Assembly: GCA_965213925.1 (NCBI GenBank)
Contig: OZ243927.1
Location: forward strand, 4,320,001 to 4,384,000
From: Trueperaceae bacterium
Lineage (GTDB): Bacteria; Deinococcota; Deinococci; Deinococcales; Trueperaceae
Direction of reading: 5' to 3'
Length of the DNA stretch: 64,000 bases
The notes beneath the pieces are model-generated. The model saw nothing but the letters and a program-made list of their open reading frames with translations. It searched no databases and was not told the DNA's origin. Every line of letters begins with the position of its first letter. The first letter of the stretch is position 1. This document shows, piece by piece, positions 19,186 to 30,012 of the stretch. Made by a program: the position numbers and the translations under genes.

Positions 19186-19372
19186 CCGGTGACGCAAGGT
19201 TGCGCGGAAGATCTTCCCTTTTATGAACGCATGAATAGGAGCAAACGTAGCGGGTATCCGCGAAAAATAGGCGGGCAAGAGCCCTAGCCGTAGAGAGACA
19301 CGCTGGAAATTTTAGGGAATAGCCGCTCAAGGTGAAGCGGGTTCCGGTAGACCTACTTTGATAAAGGGAGGG
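19186..19372 (+). ncRNA. Candidate structured ncRNA, family not recognised
   Basis: TG-C-TACCCT -10 box; closing stem cttcccttttat / ataaagggagg enclosing four hairpins. Confidence 0.35.
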
Positions 19373-19382
19373 GCCTCGAGCC

Positions 19383-19934
19383 TTACCGCAAGGGAGGGAA
19401 CACGACGATTTGCGTTTCTGGAAAAGCCCTCGGCGCGACCTTTTCGCTGCGCGGCACGAGCAAACGGTGGCGGTAACTGTTTTGGAAAGGTTCCCAGTAC
19501 ACCTCGGTTTGACCTCTTTCTACATCCACAATCCAAAGCTCTGGCACACCTGCCTCGGCATACCTGGGTAACTTCCTCTCTTTGTCGTATACGAAGCTTG
19601 ATAGGCTAATCTCGATAGTCAGAAATATATCCTCCGCTGTCGGATGAGCGTCCATATAGAGGGAAGCTTTAGGACGCGCAAGCGCAAGGTCTGGCTCTAA
19701 TAAACGATGCTTATCCAAAGTGAGCGGATTTTGAGTGCGAACGATTGCACGGTCTCCGTAGGACCGTTGCAGATATTTAGAAAGCCAATCCACGTGTCCA
19801 GCATGTTGACTACTCGGGGGTGTCATCGTATAAAGTTCTCCGTCGATGAGTTCAACACGCTCATCTGGGGCGAAAACGCCAGCCGCACTCATCGTAAAAA
19901 CGTCGTCCACCGTTAATTTGCGTTTGGCGATCAC
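19383..19934 (-). CDS. Uma2 family (PD-(D/E)xK) endonuclease
   Basis: RVELIDGE, EPDLAL, IEIS..S..YDKERK..Y..AGVPELWIVD. Confidence 0.92.
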   Translation of the reverse strand: MIAKRKLTVDDVFTMSAAGVFAPDERVELIDGELYTMTPPSSQHAGHVDWLSKYLQRSYGDRAIVRTQNPLTLDKHRLLEPDLALARPKASLYMDAHPTAEDIFLTIEISLSSFVYDKERKLPRYAEAGVPELWIVDVERGQTEVYWEPFQNSYRHRLLVPRSEKVAPRAFPETQIVVFPPLR

Positions 19935-20008
19935 CTCTTTAGTATAGCACCGAAGCCAACCTAAGCGCCATTTAGGGCGTGTTATGCTCCATGCTCGAGA
20001 GGTAAGCT

Positions 20009-23000
20009 ATGCCCAAGCGCACCGACCTTAAAAAAATTCTGATTCTAGGCTCTGGTCCTATCGTCATCGGTCAAGCTGCCGAATTCGACTACTCCGGCAC
20101 ACAAGCCTGCAAAGCGCTCCGAGGTGAGGGCTTCGAAGTCGTACTCATCAACTCGAACCCAGCGACGATCATGACCGACCCGGAAGTGGCGGACAAAACC
20201 TACATCGAGCCCCTAACGCCCGAGTTTGCCGAGAAGGTCATCGCGGCGGAGAAGCCAGACGCGCTCTTGCCCACATTAGGCGGACAAACCGCGCTGAACC
20301 TCGCGAAAGCGATGTACGAAGCGGGCATCCTAGAGAAGCACGGCGTCGAGCTGATTGGCGCGAATTATGACGCGATTCAAAAGGGTGAAGATAGACAACT
20401 CTTTCAGCAAGCGATGAACAAGATTGGGATTAGCACGCCCGCCGGGAAGATGGTGGGGACCTTAGAGGAGGCGTTGGCATTCACCTCCGAGATCGGCTAC
20501 CCCGCTATCATCCGCCCCTCGTTTACGCTGGGCGGCACGGGCGGCGGTATCGCTTACGACGAGGCGGAGTTCCGCCAAATCGTGCGTCAGGGCTTGCACG
20601 ACTCGCCCGTTCACACCGTTCAGGTGGAGCAGTCCGTGTTGGGCTGGAAAGAGTACGAGTTAGAGGTGATGCGCGACCACAACGACACGGTGGTCATCAT
20701 CTGCTCGATCGAAAACGTGGACCCGATGGGCGTGCATACGGGCGACTCTATGACGGTCGCGCCCGCGCAGACTTTGTCCGACAAGGAATATCAAAAGCTG
20801 CGCGACTACTCCATCGACATCATCCGCGAAATCGGCGTGGAGACGGGCGGCTCGAACATTCAGTTCGCGGTGAACCCGGCGAACGGCGACATTATCGTCA
20901 TCGAGATGAACCCGAGGGTGTCGCGCTCGTCGGCGTTGGCAAGTAAAGCGACGGGCTACCCGATCGCGAAGATCGCCGCCCTGCTCGCGGTGGGCTATCA
21001 CTTGGATGAGTTGCCGAACGACATCACGCGGGTTACGAAAGCTGCTTTTGAACCCTCCATCGACTACGTCGTCACGAAAATTCCGCGCTTCGCCTTCGAG
21101 AAGTTTCCCGAAACGCAAGACGTGCTCGGCACGCAGATGCGCAGCGTCGGCGAGGTCATGGCGATCGGGCGCACCTTCAAGGAGAGCTTGCTTAAAGCGA
21201 TGCGCTCGCTTGAACTCGACGTGCGCGGCGAGACGAGAGACCTCAACTTGGCGCAGCTCGAGTCTCGCCTCTATCCCAACCCGCGCCGCTTGCCCGCGCT
21301 TTTGGAACTTCTGCGGCGCGGCAAGAGCACGCGCTATTTGGGGGAGAAAACGTCCATCGACCCTTGGTTTCTGGGTCAGCTTAAAGAGATTGTGGACGTG
21401 GAGAAAGAGGTCGCGCGTTTAGGCGAGCCGAGTCGCTGGAGTGAGGGCGTGTGGTTCGAGGTCAAACGCATCGGCTTTAGCGACGCGGACTTGGCGCAGC
21501 TCACGGGGGTGGCTCGAGCTGACATTCGGCGCGTCCGCATAGAAAGAGGTCAGACGCCCGTCTATAAAACGGTGGACACCTGCGCCGCCGAGTTCGAGGC
21601 GTACACGCCCTATCACTACAGCACGTACGAGCGCGAAGATGAGGTCACGGACTCGGACGCGCAGAAAGTCGTGATTCTAGGCTCCGGACCCAACCGCATC
21701 GGGCAGGGCGTCGAGTTCGACTACGCCACGGTGCACGCGGTCTGGGCGCTCAAAGAGGCGGGCTATGAGACCATCATGGTCAACTCGAACCCCGAGACCG
21801 TCTCGACGGATTACGACACGGCGGACCGCCTCTACTTCGAGCCCTTGACCTTCGAGGATACGCTCAACATCATCGAACGGGAAAAAGCGGTGGGCGTCAT
21901 CGTGCAGCTCGGCGGGCAGACGCCCCTCAAACTTGCACAACCGCTGAGTGACGCGGGCGTACCGATTTGGGGCACGCCCGCCGAAGCGATCTTTGCCGCC
22001 GAAGACCGCGACGCCTTTTACGAACTCTGCCAGCGCTTGGAGATTCCGCAGCCGAAAGGCGGCGTGGCGAAAAAGCCTAAAGAGGCGCGCTCTCTCGCCC
22101 AGCGCATCGGCTACCCCGTCATGGTGCGCCCTTCGTTCGTCTTGGGCGGGCGGGCGATGCGGCGCGTCTACAACGCGGCGGAGCTGAACGACTATCTGGA
22201 AGAGGTCTACGCGGAGTTGCCGGACAACCCGTCCATTCTAGTGGATGAATTTCTGGAGGGTGCCAAAGAGGTCGACGTAGACGCGCTAGCGGACGGCGAA
22301 CGCGCCGTCGTCGCGGGCATCATGGAGCATATCGAAGGCGCGGGCGTCCACTCGGGCGACAGCGCGTGCATCACGCCGAGCGTCACGTTGAGCGAAGAGG
22401 TCATCGCAACGTTGAACGAATACAGCATCAAGCTCGCCCTAGACATCGGCGTGAAGGGACTCATCAACATCCAGTACGTTATTCAGAACGACAAGGTCTA
22501 CGTCATCGAAGCGAACCCTCGCGCGAGCCGCACCATCCCCTACCTCTCCAAAGCCACCGGTCATCCGCTCGCTAAGTACGCCGCGCTGATCGCGGCAGGT
22601 CAGACGCTCACCGATTTGAACTTTACCGAGACCCCGCAGCCGGACGTTTACAGCGTGAAAGAGGTCGTGTTGCCCTTTCTCAAATTTACGAACGTACCGC
22701 CCGTGTTGGGACCGGAGATGCGCTCGACGGGTGAGAGCATGGGTGTGGACGCTGACCCCTACTTGGCGTTTTACAAAGCGCTGCTCGGCGCGAACGTGCG
22801 CCCGCCGTCTCGAGGCGAGGTGCGGCTCATCGGAGATGATGTCGCGAGTTTAGAAGCGGACTTGACCTCTTTAGGGTTTAGCGTGAGCGGCGGAATCGAC
22901 GCCGAACTGAGCGAAGCGCCGGGCTATGACCTCTTGATCGACACGGTCCACACGCCCGAACTGCGCCGCGCTTTGGAAAACGGTATCCCCTACGTCACTA

Positions 23001-23107
23001 CGGGAGAGGCAGCGTGGTGGCTCGTCAGAGCGCTCGAGGCGGCGCAGAAGACGAGTTTGAACGTTACCGCCTTGCAAGACCTCAATGCTCAGGGTGTGTC
23101 GGGTTAG
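20009..23107 (+). CDS. carB: Carbamoyl-phosphate synthase large subunit
   Basis: [27 protein letters not shown]; duplicated ATP-grasp domains. Confidence 0.97.
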   Translation: MPKRTDLKKILILGSGPIVIGQAAEFDYSGTQACKALRGEGFEVVLINSNPATIMTDPEVADKTYIEPLTPEFAEKVIAAEKPDALLPTLGGQTALNLAKAMYEAGILEKHGVELIGANYDAIQKGEDRQLFQQAMNKIGISTPAGKMVGTLEEALAFTSEIGYPAIIRPSFTLGGTGGGIAYDEAEFRQIVRQGLHDSPVHTVQVEQSVLGWKEYELEVMRDHNDTVVIICSIENVDPMGVHTGDSMTVAPAQTLSDKEYQKLRDYSIDIIREIGVETGGSNIQFAVNPANGDIIVIEMNPRVSRSSALASKATGYPIAKIAALLAVGYHLDELPNDITRVTKAAFEPSIDYVVTKIPRFAFEKFPETQDVLGTQMRSVGEVMAIGRTFKESLLKAMRSLELDVRGETRDLNLAQLESRLYPNPRRLPALLELLRRGKSTRYLGEKTSIDPWFLGQLKEIVDVEKEVARLGEPSRWSEGVWFEVKRIGFSDADLAQLTGVARADIRRVRIERGQTPVYKTVDTCAAEFEAYTPYHYSTYEREDEVTDSDAQKVVILGSGPNRIGQGVEFDYATVHAVWALKEAGYETIMVNSNPETVSTDYDTADRLYFEPLTFEDTLNIIEREKAVGVIVQLGGQTPLKLAQPLSDAGVPIWGTPAEAIFAAEDRDAFYELCQRLEIPQPKGGVAKKPKEARSLAQRIGYPVMVRPSFVLGGRAMRRVYNAAELNDYLEEVYAELPDNPSILVDEFLEGAKEVDVDALADGERAVVAGIMEHIEGAGVHSGDSACITPSVTLSEEVIATLNEYSIKLALDIGVKGLINIQYVIQNDKVYVIEANPRASRTIPYLSKATGHPLAKYAALIAAGQTLTDLNFTETPQPDVYSVKEVVLPFLKFTNVPPVLGPEMRSTGESMGVDADPYLAFYKALLGANVRPPSRGEVRLIGDDVASLEADLTSLGFSVSGGIDAELSEAPGYDLLIDTVHTPELRRALENGIPYVTTGEAAWWLVRALEAAQKTSLNVTALQDLNAQGVSG

Positions 23108-23109
23108 GG

Positions 23110-23757
23110 CTAGGGCGCTTCGTCCTCGAAAAGACCGTGCATAAAGAGGTGCATCACCGCTCGCAGAATGCGCTCGTCATCGTCGCCTTTCGACTCCGCG
23201 ACGCGCCAGAAGAGGAGGTTGAGCAGCCGCGCCGTGACCTCGATATCGACTTCTCGCCGCGCCCCCGGCAGAGCGAGCGCCGAACGCAGCGCTAACGCGA
23301 CGCGCCCCGCCGTCCACGCTTCGACCTCTCGGTCGAGCGCCATGATCTCCGCGTCGCTGAGCGCGACCTCGCGCCACGCCCGGTACGCGCCCAGGTAGGC
23401 ACGGTCTGCGCTGAGTCCGTCGCGCAGCGCAGTCTCTAAGACCGCTTCGGGGTTGTCCGAAGCGAGGTCTAGGTTGAGGGTCTCGATTTCTCGCAGCAAA
23501 TTGTCCATCAAGACGAGCAGAAGTTGACGCTTGGAGCGGAAGTGCTGGTAGAACGTGCCCGCCGCCGCGTTCGCCTCCCCCGCAATATCCGCGACGCTCG
23601 TCCTTTCGAAGCCGCGCTCCGCGAAGAGGTTGAGAGCGGCGTCTAAGAGGGCGCCTTTGGTGCGGCGGCTGCGCCGCTGTTGCGGCGCGGTGGGCAAATC
23701 TTCGTGCGCTAAGAGGTCGGGGCGTTCAAGTGAGGACGGGCTCGCGGGCTGTTTCAT
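23110..23757 (-). CDS. TetR/AcrR family regulator
   Basis: QRRSRRT..LLDAALNLFAERGF..TSVADIA..GTFYQHFRSK. Confidence 0.92.
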   Translation of the reverse strand: MKQPASPSSLERPDLLAHEDLPTAPQQRRSRRTKGALLDAALNLFAERGFERTSVADIAGEANAAAGTFYQHFRSKRQLLLVLMDNLLREIETLNLDLASDNPEAVLETALRDGLSADRAYLGAYRAWREVALSDAEIMALDREVEAWTAGRVALALRSALALPGARREVDIEVTARLLNLLFWRVAESKGDDDERILRAVMHLFMHGLFEDEAP

Positions 23758-24592
23758 TCATAAACAGTTTAATGGACGCCGTAAGAACTTCGGGCTGATC
23801 TTCAGAAACGAACGTTTTAGAGTTTGAGACGCGCTCTAAGCGAGCGTTTGGAAAGGCGTCTGCGAGCCGCTCGCCGAAGACGAAGAGCCTGTCGTCTTGT
23901 CCCCAAGCCACCAAGACAGGCTTGTGAAACTCGGAGAAGTGCTCGGCTGCTTCTAAGGTGTAGCGGTTAGAGATGCCTAGCGCGACCTTTTTAGCGTCTC
24001 GCCTTATCTTGGGGTTATGGATGTAGCCGTGGAAGTAGCTTTCGGCGACGTGAGGCTCGAGTCGCGTGTGGGCTAGCAGGGCGTAGAGCACGTTCTGAAC
24101 GGAGCGAAACTGTGAGGCGAAGCCGAGCAGTGACGCGCCACCAGGCATTTGGAAGAGAGCGATAAAGGGTTTCAAGAGCGGCGGGACAAAGTGTTCAAAG
24201 GCGTCGCAGTTAGTCAGTACGAGACGGCTGATGCGTTCCGGGTGGTGCAACGCCAGGAGTTGGGTAAACGCTCCCCCCGTGTCGCACGCGACGACCGTGA
24301 CCTCTTGCAGCTCGAGCGCCGCCATGAAATCCTCCACAAGCTGCGCGACGCCCAGAGGTGTGAGGTCGGCGTCTGGGTTTATAGGCGCTGTGTGCCCCCC
24401 GAGCGGCAATGTCGGGACGATACAGCGAAAGGTACGGCTAAGAGGTCCGTAAACCTTGCGCCACATCTCGCCGTTGACCAGGAAACCGTGCACGAAGAGG
24501 AGGGTGGGACCTTCTCCTATGTCTCGGTACTGGACAGGACCTTGCGGAAGCCGAACGGTGCGGAGGTCCGAAGCTTCTCCTGATACACTCAT
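23726..24592 (-). CDS. Alpha/beta fold hydrolase
   Basis: FVHG, LPLGGH, CDTGGA nucleophile motif, WGQDD. Confidence 0.9.
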   Translation of the reverse strand: MSVSGEASDLRTVRLPQGPVQYRDIGEGPTLLFVHGFLVNGEMWRKVYGPLSRTFRCIVPTLPLGGHTAPINPDADLTPLGVAQLVEDFMAALELQEVTVVACDTGGAFTQLLALHHPERISRLVLTNCDAFEHFVPPLLKPFIALFQMPGGASLLGFASQFRSVQNVLYALLAHTRLEPHVAESYFHGYIHNPKIRRDAKKVALGISNRYTLEAAEHFSEFHKPVLVAWGQDDRLFVFGERLADAFPNARLERVSNSKTFVSEDQPEVLTASIKLFMNETAREPVLT

Positions 24593-24610
24593 CTCACCAC
24601 TTCCTTTCTC

Positions 24611-24634
24611 GAATGTGAATTCGTATTCGCATTT
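24611..24634. promoter_or_regulatory. Putative TetR operator palindrome
   Basis: aatgtgaat-tcgt-attcgcatt just upstream of the hydrolase-TetR operon. Confidence 0.6.
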
Positions 24635-24753
24635 TAGAGAAGTTGGAGGGTAAAGTCAAGAGGTCGTTGATGTGACTCGTCTCAAAGAAGTTGCTTTAGT
24701 GTTGTTTCGACGCACCTTATATCTTATAAAGCATTAGCCCTCAGTAATTTAAG

Positions 24754-24804
24754 TACACTGTTAGCTAAAAAATGAAGCATGTCATTCTGAACCCTACAGC
24801 GAGC
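24754..24804 (+). mobile_element. Truncated MITE family A copy (left end only)
   Basis: tacactgttagctaaaaaatgaagcatgtcattctgaac matches the 26766 and 42609 left ends. Confidence 0.7.
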
Positions 24805-24877
24805 TAGTGGCGAGCGCCGCGAGCGCGCCGTATAGCTCGTCGATGCGCTCGGGGGTAGTCAACTGCTCGGGTTGCAT
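24794..24877 (-). pseudogene. Probable gene remnant (MQPEQLTTPERIDELYGALAALATSSL) ending in the MITE fragment
   Basis: Coding-like codons, TAAAAT -10 upstream, stop lies within the MITE fragment. Confidence 0.4.
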
Positions 24878-24956
24878 AGTCTCTCATTTTAGCACGGGTT
24901 TCGCCATTGTCGCTCTCGCTAGCGACCGACCGGGCTGACGCGGTAGGCTTATAGGT

Positions 24957-26117
24957 ATGACGCTTACCCCGGGCACGCGCTACGCGCTCACCGAAGAAAC
25001 TCAGCGAAGATTAGACGTTACTGCGCGGCTGCGCGGGCTCTTCTCGAGCTGGGGCTACGCAGCGGTGGATGTCCCCGTCTTAGAACCCTACGACCCCGCG
25101 CACCCCGCCGCTGAGAACGCCTTCAAGTTAGGCGGCTTGGAGGGCGACTTGCTCGCCTTACGCGCCGACTTCACCCCGGCGATCGCCCGCATGGTCAAGC
25201 TGCATTACCCCGAGGTGGCTTCTGGAATGCCGGGGCGTTTTCAGTACTGCGGACGACTCTGGCGCACCGTCGTCCCCGACATCGCCCGGACCCGCGAATT
25301 CACCGAAATAGGCACTGAACTCGTCGGCGTTTCGAACCCGAAAGCGGACGCAGAACTCGTTCATTTGGCTAGGGAGGCGGTGCGCGAGGTCGGTCTAACG
25401 CCCCGCGTGGAGGTCGGCAATCCCGGCTTCGTGCGTACGCTCTTCGACCTTGCTGAGATTCCGAATGATGCTCGTGAAACGCTAGCGAGCGCGATTGACC
25501 GCAAAGACGTAACGACGCTGCGCACCCTCTTAGAGCCCTATCGCCTCAACCCTGAGCTGAGAGACGCGCTTACGGGCGTGCCCGACCTCTATGGCGAGGT
25601 CGGTATGTTAGAGGAGGCGAAGCGCCTCACGCCCTGGGCGGAGACACGCGCCGAGATCGAGCGCCTAGAGGTCATCCTAAACGAGTTCGAGGACGACAGC
25701 GAACTCCTTTTAGACCTAGGGATGGCGCGGCGCCTAAGCTACTACACGGGGATGACCTTTCGCGCGTACACCTTCGACTTCGGGCAACCTCTTCTGGGCG
25801 GCGGACGCTACGACGGGGCGCTCTTGCCCTACGCGGCGGGTTTCGCGCTCGGGCTCGAGCGGCTCCTAAGCGCGACGCCGAGCCGACATGCGGAGGTGAC
25901 GCCGCTCGTGCTCAGTTTGGACGACGACGCCTCGAGACACCTCCGCGCCCACGGCTACCCCGTCGAACGTGCGCTCGTGAGCGCACTGGACGACCTCAAG
26001 CGCTACGCCCGCGCGCGCGGCATCCCCTACCTCTTGAGCGAAAGGGGTTTGGAGCCGCTCGCCGCTGAAAGTCCTTTTTACGAAGAACTGCAGGGGCTGC
26101 TCGAGGTTCCCGCATGA
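24957..26117 (+). CDS. hisZ: ATP phosphoribosyltransferase regulatory subunit
   Basis: LRADFT..IAR, REFTEIG.ELVG, YYTG, GGGRYD; directly upstream of a short hisG. Confidence 0.92.
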   Translation: MTLTPGTRYALTEETQRRLDVTARLRGLFSSWGYAAVDVPVLEPYDPAHPAAENAFKLGGLEGDLLALRADFTPAIARMVKLHYPEVASGMPGRFQYCGRLWRTVVPDIARTREFTEIGTELVGVSNPKADAELVHLAREAVREVGLTPRVEVGNPGFVRTLFDLAEIPNDARETLASAIDRKDVTTLRTLLEPYRLNPELRDALTGVPDLYGEVGMLEEAKRLTPWAETRAEIERLEVILNEFEDDSELLLDLGMARRLSYYTGMTFRAYTFDFGQPLLGGGRYDGALLPYAAGFALGLERLLSATPSRHAEVTPLVLSLDDDASRHLRAHGYPVERALVSALDDLKRYARARGIPYLLSERGLEPLAAESPFYEELQGLLEVPA

Positions 26118-26755
26118 CCCGCGCCAACCAGACTAAGCTGACGCTCGCCTTACCCAAAGGACGGGTGATGGAGAAGAGCTTGCGGACGTTGCGCCTAGCG
26201 GGGATGCGCTTGCAGGTCGAGAATAGAGGCCGCGCCCTCCGCCATGACGCAGGCGACGCGCTCGTCATCGAGATGCGCAACACAGACGTGCCGACCTACG
26301 TCGACTTGGGCGTGGCGGACGCGGGCATCGTCGGCAAAGACGTACTTTTAGAGTCAGGTCGGGATGTGTACGAGCCCGTGGACTTAGGCTTCGCGTCGTG
26401 CCGCTTGTCGCTCATCCGACCGGCGGGCGAAAGGCATAAAATTCGCCGGGTGGCGAGTAAGTATCCCGCGACGGCGCAAGCTTATCTGCGGCGTCAGGGC
26501 GAAAGCGCCGAAGTGATCAAGCTCGCGGGCAACGTCGAGCTGGCCTGTTTGACCGGGCTAGCCGACGCGGTGGTAGACATCGTCGAAACCGGGGGGACGC
26601 TGCGAGCGAACGGTCTCGAGGAGGTCGAGACGATTCTCTCCTCCTCCGCCCGCTTCGTCGTGAACCGCGCTGCGCTCAAGCTCAAAGCGGACACGTTGCG
26701 GCCGCTTATTGCGGCGCTGAGAGAGGTCACGGGGGAGGTCACGCCGACAGCCTGA
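26114..26755 (+). CDS. hisG: ATP phosphoribosyltransferase (short form)
   Basis: [43 protein letters not shown]. Confidence 0.95.
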   Translation: MTRANQTKLTLALPKGRVMEKSLRTLRLAGMRLQVENRGRALRHDAGDALVIEMRNTDVPTYVDLGVADAGIVGKDVLLESGRDVYEPVDLGFASCRLSLIRPAGERHKIRRVASKYPATAQAYLRRQGESAEVIKLAGNVELACLTGLADAVVDIVETGGTLRANGLEEVETILSSSARFVVNRAALKLKADTLRPLIAALREVTGEVTPTA

Positions 26756-26765
26756 GGTAAATTAG

Positions 26766-26931
26766 TACACCGTCAACTAAACAATGAAGCATGTCATTCT
26801 GAGCGGAACGCAGTGGAGCGTAAGAATCTCTGACCTTGCTGACTCCTCTGACAGAGAACGAAAGACGAGACCCTCACGCCTTCGGCTCAGGGTGACATGC
26901 TAACAAGTAGCAATACTTGCTTAACGGTATA
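26766..26931 (+). mobile_element. MITE family A copy
   Basis: tacaccgtcaactaa...gcttaacggtata ends; near reverse complement of 8272-8438. Confidence 0.8.
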
Positions 26932-27006
26932 ATTAGTTCAACGTCGCAAACTGGCTCGGTGTGTCGTGGAACTGCCGATTATAGTGAGCTTGCGACCTCG
27001 AGCTAA

Positions 27007-27037
27007 TAAAAAGAGCCGAGACTATCTCTCGGCTCTT
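27007..27037 (-). terminator. Intrinsic terminator
   Basis: aagagccgaga-ctatc-tctcggctctt with an A-run on its left. Confidence 0.75.
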
Positions 27038-27057
27038 CCTTATGTAGCGGCTTAGGC

Positions 27058-28227
27058 TTACTGTCCGCCCGTCCCGCCACCCGTTCCTGAGGGTGCGGCT
27101 GGCGCGGCTGGCGCGGCTGGCTGCGGCAAGTTCTCGGGAAAGGTCTCTAGGTCCGCGTTCTCGCGCAAATCGCTGATCGTTTGGCTGAGCCGCTCGTTAG
27201 CGAGCTGCGCGCGAATCTGCTCGCGCACCTCTTCTAAGGGAACCGCGCCCGCTTCGTTTTTGTCCGTCACGCGGATGATATGGTAGCCGAACTGCGTTTC
27301 GACCGGTCCGACCGTTTCGCCGACTTCGGCGTTAAAGGCGGCCTCTTCGAAGGGCTGGACGAACGACCCTCTCGACACGCAGCCGAGGTCGCCGCCGCGC
27401 GCCGCGCTGCCGGGGTCTTGGCTGCGCTCTTCGGCGAGCTGGGCGAAGTCGCCGCCGTCGTTGAGTTGCGTCAGGATTTCGTTCGCTTCGTCCTGAGTTT
27501 CGACTAGGATGTGGCTCGAGCACACCTCTTCCGGCGTCTCGAACTGCGCCTGGTTCTCCCCATAGAAGGTCTGGATCGCTTCGTCACCTACCTCGACCTC
27601 TTCGCGTAGGGCGTTGACGACTTGCTGGATGCGCAAGTTGTCGCGGATGAGCCCGCGAAGTTGCGCTTCGCTCTCGAAGCCCGCTTCGGAGAGGGCTTGT
27701 TGGAAGGCCTCGTCGCTTGCGCCGCCCGTTTCACCGCCGCCAGTGCTTCCGCCCGTCGCGCCACCCGTCTCGGCTTGCGGCGCGCTTCCCGCGAGACCCT
27801 GGCGCACCTGCGTGATCTGCTGCTCGACCTCTTCATCTGAAACCTGGATGCCGCGCGCTTCCGCCTCTTGCAGCAAGACCTGCTCGGTCGCGAGCTGGTC
27901 TAAAAACTGCGGGCGGAGGTTGCCGAGCTGCGCTAAGACCTGCTCGTTGAGGGGCAGACCCTGCTGCGCGGCGATGTTACGTAGCGCGATGCTGAAGCGC
28001 TCCTCGAACTCCTCTTGGGTGATGGTCTCGTCGCCGAGTTGGATAATCGGGGCGTCGGGGTTTAAGTCACCGCCGACGAGGGGCACATCGGTCGTCCCCG
28101 CCGCACCACCGGTTTGACCACCTGTTTGGGCGGAGCCGAAGACGAGAACCGCGAGGGTCGCGAGGATAAGAAGGCTGAAAAGCGCAACGGGTAGGCGCTT
28201 ATTTTTAGGTTGGTTCGAGTCAGGCAT
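27058..28227 (-). CDS. Exported parvulin-type peptidylprolyl isomerase (PrsA/SurA-like) with TGG-repeat linkers
   Basis: N-terminal signal/TM, SHILV, FAQLA..SQDPGSA.RGGDLG, FEEAAF, ETQFGYHII. Confidence 0.9.
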   Translation of the reverse strand: MPDSNQPKNKRLPVALFSLLILATLAVLVFGSAQTGGQTGGAAGTTDVPLVGGDLNPDAPIIQLGDETITQEEFEERFSIALRNIAAQQGLPLNEQVLAQLGNLRPQFLDQLATEQVLLQEAEARGIQVSDEEVEQQITQVRQGLAGSAPQAETGGATGGSTGGGETGGASDEAFQQALSEAGFESEAQLRGLIRDNLRIQQVVNALREEVEVGDEAIQTFYGENQAQFETPEEVCSSHILVETQDEANEILTQLNDGGDFAQLAEERSQDPGSAARGGDLGCVSRGSFVQPFEEAAFNAEVGETVGPVETQFGYHIIRVTDKNEAGAVPLEEVREQIRAQLANERLSQTISDLRENADLETFPENLPQPAAPAAPAAPSGTGGGTGGQ

Positions 28228-28445
28228 GGCGTTCCCTTCGGAGAAGCATCGTTGATTGCGCGAGGTTCACTAATTCGGAAGTATAAAATAATGTAACCGG
28301 ACGCTGCTAGAAAACCCTATCACCTAAAAGATGAGAAAGGGTCGCTCTGGGTAACGCCGGGCTTCATGGGGCATACAAAAATCTCCTCTCGATTTGCCGC
28401 ACTAGATTGCTGGCAAAGGAGAGGAGGTTCAGTTGCTACTTAGCG

Positions 28446-29387
28446 TTACGCCGCTTTCGCTTCGGCTTCGCTCAGCTCGCGCAGTTCCTCGTAGAGTCTG
28501 AGGTGCGCGTCGGTGAGGACTTCGGGGATGGTAGCGCGGATTTCGGCGAGTTCGTCGCCGCGCGTGCCGTCTTTTTTAGGATAGCCCCGTTCGCGTAGCC
28601 GGAACGAGCGACCCGACTGGGTGCCCGCAGGCAGGTTCATCTCCACGTCGCCGTCTAGCGTCGGGACGCGCACCTTGCCGCCCAACGCGGCGACGTAATC
28701 GGGCACATCCACGACAACACGGATGTTGTCGCCCTCGAGCCGAAACACCGAGTGCTCCTCTAACTTGATCGTCAGGTAGAGGTCGCCGCCACTAGGCGCT
28801 TGCCCGCGCAGCCGCAACTTCGCGCCGTCTTTCGCGCCTTTAGGCAGCGTGACCTCCAGGCGGCGTCCGTCGATGGAGATGACCTTGCTGTCGCCGCGGT
28901 AGGCTTCATCTAAAGGCACGCTGATGTCCGCGTCCACGCGGCGGGGCGCTCGGGCGCGTTCTTGCCGCAGGCTACCAAAGGGGTCTTGACCTCTCGAGCC
29001 TGCTGTCCCCGTGCTGGTGAAAAAGCTCTGTCCACCCGCGCCCGCGAAGCCGCCTCCGAAGAGGCTCTGGAAGAAGTCGCTGAAGTCGCCCTCAGCTGCG
29101 CCGCCGGGCGGGGGTCCCCCAAAGCCGCCCCCGAAACCGCCGCCCCCAGAGAAGTTCGGACGCCCCTCGGCGCTGCCGTAGCGGTCGTAAAACTTGCGCT
29201 TCTCGGGGTCGTTGAGAACGGTGTACGCCTCGTTGACCTCTTTGAACCGTTCCTCTGCTGAGGGGTCGTCCGGGTTGCGGTCGGGGTGATATTTGGCTGC
29301 GAGTTTGCGGTACGCCGAGCGGATGTCCTTCTGGTCGGCGCTGCGCGAGATGCCCAGCGTGTCGTAATAGTCTTTGTAAGCAGCCAT
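28446..29387 (-). CDS. dnaJ: DnaJ-class chaperone without zinc finger (CbpA-like)
   Basis: J domain with HPD, G/F-rich region, C-terminal domain, no CxxCxGxG. Confidence 0.88.
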   Translation of the reverse strand: MAAYKDYYDTLGISRSADQKDIRSAYRKLAAKYHPDRNPDDPSAEERFKEVNEAYTVLNDPEKRKFYDRYGSAEGRPNFSGGGGFGGGFGGPPPGGAAEGDFSDFFQSLFGGGFAGAGGQSFFTSTGTAGSRGQDPFGSLRQERARAPRRVDADISVPLDEAYRGDSKVISIDGRRLEVTLPKGAKDGAKLRLRGQAPSGGDLYLTIKLEEHSVFRLEGDNIRVVVDVPDYVAALGGKVRVPTLDGDVEMNLPAGTQSGRSFRLRERGYPKKDGTRGDELAEIRATIPEVLTDAHLRLYEELRELSEAEAKAA

Positions 29388-29397
29388 TTAGTCCCCC

Positions 29398-30009
29398 TTA
29401 ACTTTGGTAAACGACGACTCTGGCAGGGCGTACCAAGCGCTCATCCTTGACGAAGCCGACTTGCACAACTTCGGCGATGGTGTTTGCGGCGTTCTTATCT
29501 TCGGTCGGGATAGCGGTCAAAGCTTCGTGCACGTCGGGGTTGAATTCGTCGCCCTGTGCGCCCACCTGGACGATGCCCAGCGCTTCCAAGTTGCGTTTCA
29601 AGCTCTCCTGAACGGCTTCTAAGTTTGGGATGAGCTTGCTCGGGTCGTCGCTGCCGACTCTGAGCGCGCGTTCCAAGTCGTCGTAGGTCGAAAGCACGGT
29701 GATGACGGCGCTGTCTAAACCCGACTCGCGGGCGCGAGCGACGTCTTGGGCGGCGCGGCGGCGGTAGTTCTCCAGGTCCGCCCGCGCACGCAAAAAGCGG
29801 TTCTTAAAGTCCGCTGTTTCCTCCTGCGCTTGGCTGAGTTTTTCATGCGCCTGCGCGAGTTCGCTGCGGAGCACCTCGACGTCGGTGACGCCTTCCATAT
29901 CGGTCATGCCTTCGGTCTGAGTATCGGTAGGTGAGGAGGTGACACTCTCGTCAGCCTCCCCTATGATCTCTTCCGCGGTCTTTAGTTTGTCGTCGGTTAG
30001 GTCGGCCAT
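29398..30009 (-). CDS. grpE: Nucleotide exchange factor
   Basis: RARADLENYRRR, FNPDVHEAL, RPARVVV. Confidence 0.95.
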   Translation of the reverse strand: MADLTDDKLKTAEEIIGEADESVTSSPTDTQTEGMTDMEGVTDVEVLRSELAQAHEKLSQAQEETADFKNRFLRARADLENYRRRAAQDVARARESGLDSAVITVLSTYDDLERALRVGSDDPSKLIPNLEAVQESLKRNLEALGIVQVGAQGDEFNPDVHEALTAIPTEDKNAANTIAEVVQVGFVKDERLVRPARVVVYQS

Positions 30010-30012
30010 GAT

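Noticed and set aside
19140..19215. c-di-GMP-I riboswitch (GACGCAAGG resemblance)
   Set aside because: It lacks the GGCAAAC/GNRA stem and has no sense gene downstream
20520..20550. TGG motifs in cytoplasmic enzymes (carB GGTGGG, mutase QTGG, reductase ATGG)
   Set aside because: Isolated conserved catalytic or structural motifs, neither repeated nor terminal; not part of the exported TGG set
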